A stretch of 64,000 nt of DNA, taken from contig CAWCUS010000006.1 in the NCBI GenBank assembly GCA_963798845.1, positions 160,001-224,000 of the forward strand, given 5' to 3'. This DNA is from an uncultured Gemmatimonadales bacterium (GTDB lineage: Bacteria > Gemmatimonadota > Gemmatimonadetes > Longimicrobiales > RSA9). The translations under genes and the position numbers were made by a program. Shown in pieces: positions 34,859 through 45,381 of the stretch. Within the stretch, counting starts at the first letter, position 1; each line of letters starts with the position of its first letter. Under the pieces are notes generated by a model. It had not been told where the DNA came from and searched no databases. It saw only the letters and a program-made list of their open reading frames with translations.

Positions 34859-36214
34859 TCACGCCAGCAGCTCTTCCCCCGCGTCCAGCCGACGCCGCAC
34901 CTCGGGTTCCGGCAGCGATACCAGCAACGCCACCGCGTCCGCCCCCACTGGCGGGCGCCCGCCGAGCGCGAACAGCCTCAGCACCCGCGCCGTGCGATAG
35001 AGCTCCTCGGCGATCCGCGGCAGCCCGATCAGGCCCGCGCGCCCTCCCGGCCCCAGGCGCAACACCTCGCCCGTGCTCCGCTGCACCAGCAGATCCAGGC
35101 GGAACATCCCCGGCTTCTCCGGAAAGTCCAGGAACGCCCCGCCGCCCTCGAGCCCGAGCTCCCGGGCCAGCGCGTCCTCCACCCGCCGCTTCAGCGGGGA
35201 GTCGCTCGTGGCCCACGACGCCACCTCCCCCGGCAGCTCCGCGGCCACAACCTCCACCACCCGCTTCGGAAGCCGGCGCCGCTGCAGCGCCTCCACCATG
35301 CTCGCCACCCTCGCCGACCCGGAGTACGACTCCGCTGCCGTCCCGCCCTCCGCTCTCCCCGACAGGAGAAAGAGCAGCGCCTCGTCCGTCTTTCCGACCA
35401 GCTCCTCCGGCCCGATCAGTCCCCCCGACAGCGCGTCGAACACGATCCGCTTGTACAGCACCGTCCCGGCGCGCACCGCGTGATGCCAGTAGACGTTGCG
35501 GAACATCTGGTACTTCGAGAACAGCAGCGACTCCAGCGCCGCCACTCCCTTCTCGTGCACCCCCACTTCGGCTGGACCACCCCCGGGCGGCGACAGCACC
35601 AGAAGCGCGCCCAGCAGTCGATCCACGTCCACCTCCCCGTATGGCACGCCGCAGTACCGAGCGTCCCGCTTCAGGTACTCCACCTTGTCCAGGTCCAGGC
35701 TGCCGCTCACCAGCCCCTGCAGTGGCGAAGACGAGCGGCCCCGGACCAGCGACTCCACCTTCGCGACTCCGTCCCCCGCCACCGACTCCAGCGCCGCACG
35801 GACCTCCGGGTCCTCCAGGAACCTACCGGTCAGCGACTCGTGGTGTCCGGGGATCAGATCCTCCTCCAGCTCCTCGAGCGCGTGTGAGAACGGGTAGTGG
35901 CCTACGTCGTGAAGCAGCCCCGCCAGCGGCACAAGCCGCAGCTCCTCCGCGTCCACCACACCCAGGGCCCCCCGCACGGACAGGCTGGTGATCGCCCGGC
36001 GGATCAGGTGGTACACACCCAGCGCGTGGTCGAACCGTGTGTGGCTCGCGCCCGGGTACACCAGGTGCGCCAGACCCAGCTGCCGGATGTAACGCAGCCG
36101 CTGGAAGGCCCCCGAGTCCACCACCCGCCTCGCCTCCTCCTCCACCTCGATCGTGCCCCACACCGGCTCACGGATCACCACGGGCCCACGCGCCTGCTCC
36201 GCCCGGTCACTCAT
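34859..36214 (-). CDS. HD-domain phosphohydrolase (SAMHD1/dNTPase-like)
   Basis: FQRLRYIRQLG, HTRFDHALG, LLHDVGHYPFSH, DLDKVEYLKRD, VYWH. Confidence 0.9.
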   Translation of the reverse strand: MSDRAEQARGPVVIREPVWGTIEVEEEARRVVDSGAFQRLRYIRQLGLAHLVYPGASHTRFDHALGVYHLIRRAITSLSVRGALGVVDAEELRLVPLAGLLHDVGHYPFSHALEELEEDLIPGHHESLTGRFLEDPEVRAALESVAGDGVAKVESLVRGRSSSPLQGLVSGSLDLDKVEYLKRDARYCGVPYGEVDVDRLLGALLVLSPPGGGPAEVGVHEKGVAALESLLFSKYQMFRNVYWHHAVRAGTVLYKRIVFDALSGGLIGPEELVGKTDEALLFLLSGRAEGGTAAESYSGSARVASMVEALQRRRLPKRVVEVVAAELPGEVASWATSDSPLKRRVEDALARELGLEGGGAFLDFPEKPGMFRLDLLVQRSTGEVLRLGPGGRAGLIGLPRIAEELYRTARVLRLFALGGRPPVGADAVALLVSLPEPEVRRRLDAGEELLA

Positions 36215-36277
36215 GGCTCCGCTCCGCCTCCGAGGTGGTCCGATCCATGCGATTCAACGCGTCTTGAAGTGAGCGAC

Positions 36278-36301
36278 GGGGGGCTGCTGAGCCCCCCTTT
36301 T
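36278..36301 (+). terminator. Terminator-like hairpin in a divergent intergenic region
   Basis: GGGGGGCT-gctg-AGCCCCCC followed by TTTT. Confidence 0.45.
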
Positions 36302-36325
36302 CTCGGGCATTGCGAGTTGAGGATC

Positions 36326-36808
36326 ATGATAAAGCGTGCGACCTGTACCGCCAGCGCGCTGATGGCCCTGGCGGTCTCCGCGTGCAGCGGGCCGGCCGGC
36401 CCGGCGCCCGGGTCGGCGTACCCGAGCACCGCCGAGCGGGAGGCGAAGCTGTCGCGAAAGAGCACGGCACCGAAGAGTGTGCAGATGCGGGACCTGGACC
36501 GATACCCGGTTTCGGATATGGCCGAGTACCTGGCGCAGCACGTGTCCGGGCTGCGTCTGGTGCAGGGTCCCAATGGTCGGCCGGCGCTGCGGATCCGCGG
36601 CGCCAGCTCGGTGATGGCCACGAACGATCCGCTGGTGGTGATCGACGGGGTGGCTGTTCCGCGCTACGGTCTCGACGCCGTGCTGGTCGGGCTGGTCCCT
36701 GCGGACATCGCGCGCGTGACGGTGCTGAAGGATGCGGGCTCGACGTCGTTCTACGGCGTGCGTGGCAGCAACGGCGTCATCCTGATCGAGACCAAGCGGG
36801 GCCGTTGA
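36326..36808 (+). CDS. Lipoprotein consisting only of a SusC-type TonB-receptor plug domain
   Basis: Lipobox VSAC; IRGASS..PLVVIDG..DIARVTVLKDAGSTSFYGVRGSNGVILIETK, then stop. Confidence 0.85.
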   Translation: MIKRATCTASALMALAVSACSGPAGPAPGSAYPSTAEREAKLSRKSTAPKSVQMRDLDRYPVSDMAEYLAQHVSGLRLVQGPNGRPALRIRGASSVMATNDPLVVIDGVAVPRYGLDAVLVGLVPADIARVTVLKDAGSTSFYGVRGSNGVILIETKRGR

Positions 36809-36827
36809 CGGGCGGAAGCGGGGCGCC

Positions 36828-38414
36828 TCAGGGTCCCGCGTTCCGGACCGCCTCGCTGACCTCATCGGCGAAGCCGACGAAGTTCTGGCGGAACATCGCC
36901 ACCAGCTTCCTGGCCTGCTCGTCGTACTCCCAGGGGTGCTCCCATGTCTGGCGCGGGCGCAGCACCTCGTCCGGGACGCCGCGGACGTGCTCCGGGACTT
37001 CGAGTCCGAAGGCCGGGTCCCTGTGCGTCTTCACGTCGTCCAGCTCACCGGTCAGCGCGGCGGTCACCATGCGGCGCGTGTGGGCGAGCTCCATCCGGTG
37101 CCCCTGTCCGTATGCCCCCCCGGTCCACCCCGTATTGACCAGCCAGGTGCTGGCGTCGTGCTGCTCGATCAGGCGCGCGAGCAGCTCGGCGTATCGGCCG
37201 GGCGGCAGCGGGAGGAAAGGCGCGCCGAAGCAGGCGCTGAACGTCGCATTGGGCTCCGTGACCCCCTTCTCGGTCCCGGCGACCTTGGCGGTGTACCCGG
37301 AGAGGAAGTGGTACGCCGCCTGGTCCCGATTCAGCCTGGCGATCGGCGGGAGCACGCCGAAGGCGTCGGCGGTGAGGAAGATCACGTGGCGCGGGTGGCC
37401 GCCGCGCTTGTCGCGCACGGCGCCGTCCACGAAGCGGAGCGGGTAGGAGGAGCGAGTGTTCTCGGTGACTGCGTCGTCGTCCCAGAGCGGGCAGCGCTTC
37501 TCGTCCAGGACCACGTTCTCCAGGATCGCGCCGAACCGCTTGCTCGCGGCCCAGATCAGCGGCTCGCCGTCCTTCGACAGCCGGATCACCTTGGCGTAGT
37601 TGCCGCCTTCGAAGTTGAACACGCCGTCCTCGGACCAGCCGTGCTCGTCGTCGCCGATGAGGTAGCGGTCCGGGTCGGTCGAGAGCGTGGTCTTCCCGGT
37701 GCCCGAAAGCCCGAAGAACAGGGCCACGTCCCCGTCCTCCCCCATGTTGGCCGAGCAGTGCATGCTCAGCACGTCCTGCCGCGGCAGGAGGTAGTTCATC
37801 ACGCTGAAGACCGACTTCTTGATCTCGCCCGCGTAGCGGGTGCCGCCGATGAGCACCTGCTTTTCAGCGAAGTTGACGACGACGAAGGCGCCCGACCGGG
37901 TCCCGTGCGTACCGGGATCGGCCTGGAACTCGGGAGCGTGCAGCACCGTGAACCCCACCTTGAAATGGCCGCGGTGATCACCGTACGGTTCGAGGAACAT
38001 GTTGTTCACGAACAGCGAGTGCCACGCGCTCGGCGTGACCACACGCACGTTCAGACGGTACTGCGGATCGGCCCCCGCCCAGACGTCCCGGACGTACAGG
38101 TCTTCCTGCTCGTCCAGGTACGCGATCAGGTCCGCGCGCAGGCGTTCGAACTGCTCCGGCTCGAACGGTACGTTCACGCTCCCCCACCAGATCTCGTCCT
38201 CGGTTCCGGGCTCCCGGACCGTGAACTTGTCCTTCGGGGACCGCCCTGTATGGGGTGCCGTGATCGCCACGAACGAGCCGTCGGCCGACAGCTTGCCCTC
38301 GCCCCGCCATACCGCGTGCTCGATGAGCTCCGCGGGTGGGAGGTTCCAGTGAATCCGACCGGCCGGCGTCAGCCCCTGCTCACTCAGCTGCGTGCGTTCC
38401 TTCGTCGTCGCCAC
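36828..38414 (-). CDS. pckA: Phosphoenolpyruvate carboxykinase (ATP)
   Basis: [45 protein letters not shown]. Confidence 0.97.
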   Translation of the reverse strand: MATTKERTQLSEQGLTPAGRIHWNLPPAELIEHAVWRGEGKLSADGSFVAITAPHTGRSPKDKFTVREPGTEDEIWWGSVNVPFEPEQFERLRADLIAYLDEQEDLYVRDVWAGADPQYRLNVRVVTPSAWHSLFVNNMFLEPYGDHRGHFKVGFTVLHAPEFQADPGTHGTRSGAFVVVNFAEKQVLIGGTRYAGEIKKSVFSVMNYLLPRQDVLSMHCSANMGEDGDVALFFGLSGTGKTTLSTDPDRYLIGDDEHGWSEDGVFNFEGGNYAKVIRLSKDGEPLIWAASKRFGAILENVVLDEKRCPLWDDDAVTENTRSSYPLRFVDGAVRDKRGGHPRHVIFLTADAFGVLPPIARLNRDQAAYHFLSGYTAKVAGTEKGVTEPNATFSACFGAPFLPLPPGRYAELLARLIEQHDASTWLVNTGWTGGAYGQGHRMELAHTRRMVTAALTGELDDVKTHRDPAFGLEVPEHVRGVPDEVLRPRQTWEHPWEYDEQARKLVAMFRQNFVGFADEVSEAVRNAGP

Positions 38415-38436
38415 TCTTCTCGCCTCTGCTGTCCTC

Positions 38437-40710
38437 TTACGGGTTGTTGATCGTCGTCCGGCGACGCTGCGCGTCCACGACCGCGATCGCCGTGAGGTTC
38501 ACCACGTCCGCCGCCTCGCTGCCGCGCTGCAGCACGTGCACGGGCTTCGCCATCCCCATGAGGATCGGACCGATCGCTTCCGCGCCGCCGATCCTGCCCA
38601 TGAGCTTGTACGCGATGTTGGCCGCGTTCAGGTCCGGGAAGATGAGAACGTTCGCCGGACCGTCTAGCGTGCTGAACTGATACCGGCTGCGCAGGATGTC
38701 TGCCACGACGGCCGTGTCCGCCTGCATCTCGCCGTCCACCTTGAGATCCGGGCGGAACTGCCGGACGCGCTCGGTGGCGTCGCGTACCTTCTGCGCCTGC
38801 GGGTGCCGCGTAGACCCGAAGTTGGAGAACGAGAGCATGGCCATGCGCGGCTCGATGCCCAGTCGCTGCACGAAGTCCGCCGACAGCAGAGCGATTTCCG
38901 CCAGCGTTTCCGCGTCCGGGTCGATGTTCACGGTCGTGTCGGCGAAGAACATGATCTCGTGCTGCAGCACCATCATGTAGAGCCCGGCCACGTGCTTCAC
39001 CGCCGGGTCGGTGCCCACGGCTTCCAGCGCGGGCCGGATCGTCTCGGGGTAGTGCGTTTCGATCCCCGCGATCGCCCCGTCGGCGTCCCCTTCGGCCACC
39101 ATCATGTGACCGAAGTACGAGGTTTCCCGCAGCCGGTCCTGCGCCTCCGGTAGCGTGATCCCTTTGCGCTGACGCCGTTCGAAGAACCGCTGAGCGTAGC
39201 GGTCCCGCAGCTCCTCCGCGCTCGCCGGGTCGATGATGTCGACCCCGTTGAGGTCCACGTGCAGCTCCTTCGCCCGCTCCCGGACCCGGTCCTCCCGGCC
39301 CAGCAGCACCGGGTGGACGATTCCCTCCTGCATCGCCTGCCCGACCGCGCGGATGATCCGGTCGTCTTCACCCTCCGGATACACGATGCGACGCGGGTCG
39401 CGCTGCGCTCGCAGCATGATGTCGCGCATCACCTCGCGCCGCCGGCCCAGCCGCGCCTCCAGCTGCGTCCGGTACTCCTCCAGGTCGATGTCGTGACGCG
39501 CTACACCGTCTTCCATGGCCGCCTTCGCCACCGCCGGGGCCACCCACAGCAGCACTCGGTAGTCGAACGGCTTCGGGATCAGGTAGCGCGTGCCGAACCG
39601 GAACGTCTCCTTGTCGTAGGCGTGCGCCACCGACTCCGGCACGTCTTCCTTGGCCAGCGCCGCCAGCGCGTGCGTGGCCGCCAGCTTCATGTTGTCCGTG
39701 ATGGCGCGCGCGCGAACATCCAGCGCACCGCGGAAGATGAACGGGAAGCCCAGGACGTTGTTCACCTGGTTGTCGTAGTCACTGCGCCCCGTGGCCATGA
39801 TCGCGTCCTCCCGCACGGCGAACACCTCGTCCGGCAGGATCTCGGGATCCGGGTTCGCCAGCGCGAAGATCACCGGGTGCTCCGCCATCTTCTTCACCAT
39901 CTCGGGAGTGACCGCCCCTGCCACCGACAGCCCGACGAACACGTCCGCCCCCTCGATGGCCGCCGACAGGTCCTGGCCCGCGACATCCTGCGCGAACAGC
40001 GCCTTGTACTTGTTCATCCCCGCGGTGCGGTCCTTCGTGATCAGCCCCTTGCTGTCGCACAGGAAGATGTTCTCCCGCCTCGCTCCCAGGCGGATGTAGT
40101 GGTTGGCGGTCGCGATCGACGCCGCCCCCGCGCCGCTGAACACGATCTTTATGTCGGCGATGTCCTTGGCAACCAGCTCCAGCGCGTTCACCAGCGCCGC
40201 ACCCGAGATGATGGCGGTGCCGTGCTGGTCGTCATGGAAGACCGGGATGTCCAGCTTCTCCTTCAGCGCTTCCTCGATCTCGAAGCACTCCGGGGCCTTG
40301 ATGTCTTCCAGGTTGATCCCGCCGAGCGTCGGCTCCAGCAGCTCGCAGAAACGGATGATCTCCTGCGGGTCCTCCGAGTCCACCTCAATGTCGAACACGT
40401 CGATGTCCGCGAAACGCTTGAACAGGACGGCCTTCCCCTCCATCACCGGCTTCCCCGCGAGCGCCCCGAGGTTGCCCAGCCCCAGCACAGCCGTGCCGTT
40501 CGACACCACCCCGACCAGGTTCCCGCGCGCCGTGTACCTGAACGCCGCGTCCGGGTCGTCCTTGATGATGCGACACGGCTCCGCGACGCCCGGCGTGTAG
40601 GCGAGCGAGAGGTCCCATTGCGTCCCCACCGGCTTCGTGGGGACGACCGCGATCTTGCCCGGGCGGCCCTGCTCGTGGTAGTCGAGCGCCGCCTGCTTTC
40701 TATCCACCAT
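38437..40710 (-). CDS. maeB: NADP-dependent malic enzyme with PTA-like domain
   Basis: [52 protein letters not shown]. Confidence 0.97.
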   Translation of the reverse strand: MVDRKQAALDYHEQGRPGKIAVVPTKPVGTQWDLSLAYTPGVAEPCRIIKDDPDAAFRYTARGNLVGVVSNGTAVLGLGNLGALAGKPVMEGKAVLFKRFADIDVFDIEVDSEDPQEIIRFCELLEPTLGGINLEDIKAPECFEIEEALKEKLDIPVFHDDQHGTAIISGAALVNALELVAKDIADIKIVFSGAGAASIATANHYIRLGARRENIFLCDSKGLITKDRTAGMNKYKALFAQDVAGQDLSAAIEGADVFVGLSVAGAVTPEMVKKMAEHPVIFALANPDPEILPDEVFAVREDAIMATGRSDYDNQVNNVLGFPFIFRGALDVRARAITDNMKLAATHALAALAKEDVPESVAHAYDKETFRFGTRYLIPKPFDYRVLLWVAPAVAKAAMEDGVARHDIDLEEYRTQLEARLGRRREVMRDIMLRAQRDPRRIVYPEGEDDRIIRAVGQAMQEGIVHPVLLGREDRVRERAKELHVDLNGVDIIDPASAEELRDRYAQRFFERRQRKGITLPEAQDRLRETSYFGHMMVAEGDADGAIAGIETHYPETIRPALEAVGTDPAVKHVAGLYMMVLQHEIMFFADTTVNIDPDAETLAEIALLSADFVQRLGIEPRMAMLSFSNFGSTRHPQAQKVRDATERVRQFRPDLKVDGEMQADTAVVADILRSRYQFSTLDGPANVLIFPDLNAANIAYKLMGRIGGAEAIGPILMGMAKPVHVLQRGSEAADVVNLTAIAVVDAQRRRTTINNP

Positions 40711-40746
40711 TCATTCACTCCTCAGCGTCAAGGTCCGAGCAAGCGA

Positions 40747-40775
40747 AGGCTACCGACGGGGCGGGTCGAAAGCAA
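40747..40775 (-). promoter_or_regulatory. Putative sigma70 promoter of maeB-pckA
   Basis: TTGCTT, 17 bp, TAGCCT. Confidence 0.45.
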
Positions 40776-40871
40776 GCAGGGACGCGGGCCTTCAGCCGGT
40801 TGCGTCCGGGTCGCGGTGGCGCGATTCTGGCACCGGTGCGGCCCCGTCCGGTCATACCTCGAACCCACGCG

Positions 40872-42665
40872 ATGCGACGACACTTCGGCCTCTCCGCCCC
40901 CGCCGGCCTCCTCCTCGCCGCCGTCGTCGCACCGCTCCAGGCGCAGGGGAGCGGCGACCATGCCTGCAAGGCCGGCCGGGTCGAGCACATCTTCATCGAC
41001 AATCACTCCATCTTCGACACCTCGGATCCGGACCTCGACCCGCGCTTCCGCTGGGCGTACACGCTCGCCAACCGCCTCCACGTCCGGACTTCCGAGTCGG
41101 TCATCCGGCGCGAGCTGCTGTTCGACGTGGGCGACTGCTTCGACCCGATCCGCCTCGAGGAGTCGGAGCGTCTCCTGCGCGGCTATCCGTTCATCGCACG
41201 GGCGGACATCTACGCCATCCAGCAGCCGGGCGGCGCGTACCACGTGGTGGTGGACACCGAAGACGAGTGGTCGACGCAGCTCGAGACGCGGCTGGACCTG
41301 AGCCAGGGTCTGGACTTCCAGGGCGCGGACCTGCGGGAGCAGAATTTCCTCGGCACCGGCCGCGAGGTGGAAGCGTTCTACAGCAACCTCAATGCGACCC
41401 GGACGTACGGCCTCCGGTACTTCTCTCCCCAGCTCTTCCGCAGCCGCTGGGATCTCGAGATGTCCGGCGGCAGGACCCGGGCGGGGACGCTCCTGGAGCA
41501 GACCGTAAGCTATCCGTTCGTCGGGGAGATCGGGCGCTGGGCGGCGCAGCAGCGCTTCTACCGCCAGGACCGCTTCTTCGATTACCTCCTCCCCACCCAG
41601 GCCGGAGAGGACACCCGGCTCCTGATCCCGCTGCGTGAAAAGGAGTTCCAGGTGGCGGCGCTGCGGCGCTTCGGCCGCCTCGGCAACCTGACCATCGTGG
41701 GCGGTGGCGTGGGGTTTCAGGAAATCTCGTATCCGGGGAGCGACGGCAGCCTGGAGCTGGTCCGCAACAACGACTACGGCCACACCTCCCCGGCCCCGCC
41801 GGCGGTGGCCGAGCCCGCCCTGGGGTCCATGGAGCACCGGCGCAACATCCGGGCGATGGTGTTCCTGGGAAAGCGGAACATCGTGTGGCGGCAAAGAGAA
41901 GGGCTCGACAGCTTCCACGGCGAGCAGGACCTGCGGACGGGGACCGACGTGGAAATGTCGTTCGCCCGCTCCCTCCCGGCTCTCGAGTCCGACGACGACC
42001 TGCACGCCTCCATCGACTTCTACGCGGCCACTGGCCCCGCTACGGCCTTTTTCGCCACCCGCATGCGGGCGGACGGACGCCGCGACTACGATGCGGAGCC
42101 GGGCATCTACGAGATGAAGGACGTCATCGCCGAGGGGGAGTGGTTCCTCTACGTGCGGCCCGCGTTCGAGTCCCACCACACCCTGCTGCTGCGCGCCTCC
42201 GCGGCCGGCGGCTGGCACACGTCCACCCCATTCCAGATCACGCTGGGTGGCCAGCAGTCTCTTCGTGGCTTTCCGCAAACCGCGTTTCCCGGCGGCCGTC
42301 GCCTGGTGTTCACGGCGGAGGACCGATTCTACCTGGGGTGGCCTTTCCCGGACGTGGCGGACATCGGCACTTCCCTTTTCGTGGATGTTGGCCGCATCTG
42401 GCCCGGTGACGCACCCTACGGCCAGAGCTCGGGATGGCGCACCAGCATCGGCGGCGGCATTCGCGCCAATTTCCCCGCCGGCGGCACCAACACTTTCCGT
42501 GTCGATGCCGCGTTCCCGGTCGGCTCCGATGGCGGGCTGGGCAAGCTCCAGCTGCTCATCGGTGTGACAGAATACCTCGGCATCACGTCCGGCTTCACGG
42601 ACCCGCAGCTCAGCCGCTCTCGCGTGCCCCCCATCACGGGCAACCTCCTGAACTTCCCCAACTGA
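40872..42665 (+). CDS. Omp85/BamA-TamA-like outer-membrane protein (POTRA plus barrel)
   Basis: Signal peptide, TSESVIRRELLF..ESERLLR (POTRA), EQNFLGTG, LRGFP, FVDVGRIW, RVDAAFP. Confidence 0.8.
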   Translation: MRRHFGLSAPAGLLLAAVVAPLQAQGSGDHACKAGRVEHIFIDNHSIFDTSDPDLDPRFRWAYTLANRLHVRTSESVIRRELLFDVGDCFDPIRLEESERLLRGYPFIARADIYAIQQPGGAYHVVVDTEDEWSTQLETRLDLSQGLDFQGADLREQNFLGTGREVEAFYSNLNATRTYGLRYFSPQLFRSRWDLEMSGGRTRAGTLLEQTVSYPFVGEIGRWAAQQRFYRQDRFFDYLLPTQAGEDTRLLIPLREKEFQVAALRRFGRLGNLTIVGGGVGFQEISYPGSDGSLELVRNNDYGHTSPAPPAVAEPALGSMEHRRNIRAMVFLGKRNIVWRQREGLDSFHGEQDLRTGTDVEMSFARSLPALESDDDLHASIDFYAATGPATAFFATRMRADGRRDYDAEPGIYEMKDVIAEGEWFLYVRPAFESHHTLLLRASAAGGWHTSTPFQITLGGQQSLRGFPQTAFPGGRRLVFTAEDRFYLGWPFPDVADIGTSLFVDVGRIWPGDAPYGQSSGWRTSIGGGIRANFPAGGTNTFRVDAAFPVGSDGGLGKLQLLIGVTEYLGITSGFTDPQLSRSRVPPITGNLLNFPN

Positions 42666-42670
42666 ACGCC

Positions 42671-43381
42671 ATGACCCTCCTGCCCCGGGCCCGCAACGCG
42701 CCCGAGCGGATGGACCACGACGGCGTGGATCCCGCCGCGCTCCAGGACGCCCTGGGCCACGTCGCAGCCGTGAACCGCTGGCTCGGCGCACGACGCGCGC
42801 TCCTCAGCCACCTCTCCTGGGCGCTGCCCGTGCCCCGCGACGGCGCCGTCCGCATCCTCGACGTCGGCACCGGCTCCGCGGACCTCCCCCTCGCCGTCGC
42901 CGCCTGGGGCCGCGCGCGCGGACGATCCCTTTCCATCACGGCCGTGGATCGTCACGAGGGGACCATCCTCGCCGCACGCCGCCGTACGCACCCGTGGCCG
43001 GAGATCCGCCCGGTGCGCGGCGATGGGCTCCGCCTCCCCTTCGCCGAGGGCGAGTTCGACCTCGCGCTCCTCTCGATGACCCTCCACCACATGGACGGCG
43101 CCGCACTCGAGGGCCTGCTCCGTGAAGCCGCCCGCGTGGCCCGCGGCGGGAGGATCCTGGTGGGAGAGCTGCGACGTTCCGTGCCGTCGTACCTCGGCGC
43201 CCGGTTCCTCGCCGCCACCGTCTGGCGACGCAATCCCGTGACTCGCCACGACGGCCCTCTTTCCGTGCGCCGCGCCTTCACCCCCCGCGAGCTCGATGCC
43301 CTCGCCCTCGCCGCCGGGCTCCACGATGCCCGCGTGTTCCGCCACCCGCTCTTCCGGCTCGTGCTGCGCGCTCTCGCCTGA
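42671..43381 (+). CDS. SAM-dependent methyltransferase (family usually beside type III PKS)
   Basis: ERMD, VNRWLG, ILDVGTGSAD, TLHH, ELRR, TRHDGPLSVRRAFT. Confidence 0.85.
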   Translation: MTLLPRARNAPERMDHDGVDPAALQDALGHVAAVNRWLGARRALLSHLSWALPVPRDGAVRILDVGTGSADLPLAVAAWGRARGRSLSITAVDRHEGTILAARRRTHPWPEIRPVRGDGLRLPFAEGEFDLALLSMTLHHMDGAALEGLLREAARVARGGRILVGELRRSVPSYLGARFLAATVWRRNPVTRHDGPLSVRRAFTPRELDALALAAGLHDARVFRHPLFRLVLRALA

Positions 43382-43615
43382 ATCAGCCCGAACCCACTCC
43401 GCTGGCCGGCTCGCCAAGGGCGGCTCGCCAGGGCCGGCTCGCCCTGACCGGATCGCCCTGATCGGCCCGGCGTCGCGGTCCCCCTTCCATCCTCCGCTAC
43501 CAGCAGCCACGTTTCGGAACGAAGGGTGCATCTCACTGCGGCAGGCTTGAAGACAGGACGGCGGCCGGAGGCTCCGGGCGCCCGCGCTCGAAACACCGGG
43601 AGCCATTCGGTCTGG

Positions 43616-44863
43616 ATGCCATCACCTTTCAACAGCTGTCCGCTCGCTGACGGCACGACCGCCGACGTCATCGTCGTCGGGGCCGGGCCCGCCGGCGCCA
43701 CCACCGCGTTGCTGCTGGCGCGCGCCGGTCAACGCGTCCTGCTCCTCGACCGCTCCAGCTTTCCGCGCCCGAAGCCGTGCGGCGACTGCCTCAGCGCCGG
43801 GGCCACGGCGCTCCTGCGGCACCTCGGTCTGCTCGACGAGGTGCTCGCCGCGGGCACGGTGCGGCTCCACGGGTGGGACGTCATCTCCCACGGCGGCCGC
43901 CGCGTCCCCGGCCGTTTCGGCGGAGAGCCCGCGCTCGCCATCGAGCGCAGGCACTTCGACGCCGTGCTCCTGCGCGCCGCCCGGGAGGCGGGGGCATCGT
44001 TCGCCACCGGGCACGTCGAGGACCTCTCATTGCCGCGCTTCCCGGGGGGACCGCGAGTAGTCCGCGCCCGAACCGAGGCGGGGCAGGTGGTGGAGGCGCG
44101 GGCCGCGCTCGTGGTGGGCGCCGATGGACTCCGCTCCGTGGTCGCCCGGCGGGTCGGCCTGGTCGCCCGCAGGCCCCGGGTACGCAAGCTCTCGCTCACC
44201 GCCCACCTGCCCGTCGCCTCCCGCAGCTCGGTGGGTTCCATGCACCTCCTTCCGGGCGGCTGCGTGGGTGTCGCGCCCGTCGGTCCGGAGCGCGCGAACG
44301 TGACTCTGGTCGTCGATGGCAGCCACGCGGCGAGACTCCGCCAGCTCGGCGCCCCGGCGTTCTTTCGGGAGTGGGTCGCCCGCGCATCGCATCTGGAGCC
44401 GGCGCTCGCCCGCACGGCTCCGGGCTCTCTCCTCGCCTCCGGACCCTTCAATGTCCCCGTGCGCGCGGTCACCGTGCCCGGCGTGGCCCTGGTGGGCGAC
44501 GCGGCCGGGTACTTCGACCCGTTCACGGGACAGGGAATCCACCGCGCGCTGGCCAGCGCCGTCGCGCTGGCACACCACGTGGGCCCTGCGCTGGCCGCGG
44601 GCGACGATCTCGACCAGGCGCTCCGGGCATACGCCCGAACGCATGCCCGGCTGGCGCAGCCGACGCTCCGGCTCCAGCGCCGGATCGAGTGGGTGGTCTC
44701 CCGCCCGGCCGTGGCAGAGCCCGTTCTCGGTCGGCTCGCCCGGGCCCGCACCGTGATGGACCGACTCCTGCAGGTTACGGGCGACCTGCGGCCGCCCCGC
44801 TCGCTGCTGTCCCCGGCATCGCTGTGGGGCTTCGCGTTTCCTGCCACCGCGGACTCTCAATGA
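43616..44863 (+). CDS. FAD-dependent oxidoreductase (geranylgeranyl-reductase/monooxygenase-like)
   Basis: VGAGPAG, FPRPKPCGD, GADGLRS, LVGDAAGYFDPFTGQGI. Confidence 0.88.
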   Translation: MPSPFNSCPLADGTTADVIVVGAGPAGATTALLLARAGQRVLLLDRSSFPRPKPCGDCLSAGATALLRHLGLLDEVLAAGTVRLHGWDVISHGGRRVPGRFGGEPALAIERRHFDAVLLRAAREAGASFATGHVEDLSLPRFPGGPRVVRARTEAGQVVEARAALVVGADGLRSVVARRVGLVARRPRVRKLSLTAHLPVASRSSVGSMHLLPGGCVGVAPVGPERANVTLVVDGSHAARLRQLGAPAFFREWVARASHLEPALARTAPGSLLASGPFNVPVRAVTVPGVALVGDAAGYFDPFTGQGIHRALASAVALAHHVGPALAAGDDLDQALRAYARTHARLAQPTLRLQRRIEWVVSRPAVAEPVLGRLARARTVMDRLLQVTGDLRPPRSLLSPASLWGFAFPATADSQ

Positions 44864-45381
44864 TCCGGATCGATGAGCGTATCACCGCCGCCGCGCCTTC
44901 CCGCGCGTTCCTGGCGGCGGCGGGCGTGGAGCGCTGGCCCGAGATCCTCCCGCACTACCGCCTCGTCCGCTTCCTGGACCAGCGCGGCTTCGGCCAGGGG
45001 GTTGTGGAGATGTCTGCGTGGCGGGACTTCGCAGGGCCGCTCCGCTATCCCGTCTGGTGGGTCTCGGAGATGCAATCGGACGGCGAGGTGCCGCTCATCC
45101 GGTACCGGCACGTGGACGGCATCACGGTCGGGATGGACGTCCGCTGGGAGTTCATTCCCGCTCCGGGCGGCACACGCGTCCGGATCGTTCACGAGTGGGA
45201 TGGCCCGGACTGGCCTCTGGTAGGCGGCCTCGCCGCGACCACCGTCATCGGACCCTGGTTCGTCAGCGCCATCGCCCGCCGCACGCTGGCCGGCGTCTGT
45301 GCCGAGGCGGAGAGGACGGAGAGCGGGCAGCGTCGTCGCTCCGCCCCCGACCGATATCGCGAGGAGACCCCGCGTGCATGA
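44860..45381 (+). CDS. SRPBCC / polyketide cyclase-aromatase-like protein
   Basis: VERWPEILPHYR, WVSEM, HVDGITVGMDVRWEF, TRVRIVHEW; ATGA overlap with the upstream gene. Confidence 0.8.
   Translation: MIRIDERITAAAPSRAFLAAAGVERWPEILPHYRLVRFLDQRGFGQGVVEMSAWRDFAGPLRYPVWWVSEMQSDGEVPLIRYRHVDGITVGMDVRWEFIPAPGGTRVRIVHEWDGPDWPLVGGLAATTVIGPWFVSAIARRTLAGVCAEAERTESGQRRRSAPDRYREETPRA

Noticed and set aside
34859..36214. Anti-phage dNTPase island
   Set aside because: Housekeeping context, typical composition, and no mobility or defence neighbours.
43382..43615. Hidden ACP or precursor peptide in the cluster gap
   Set aside because: No ORF with a DSL-type phosphopantetheine motif or a convincing start was found.
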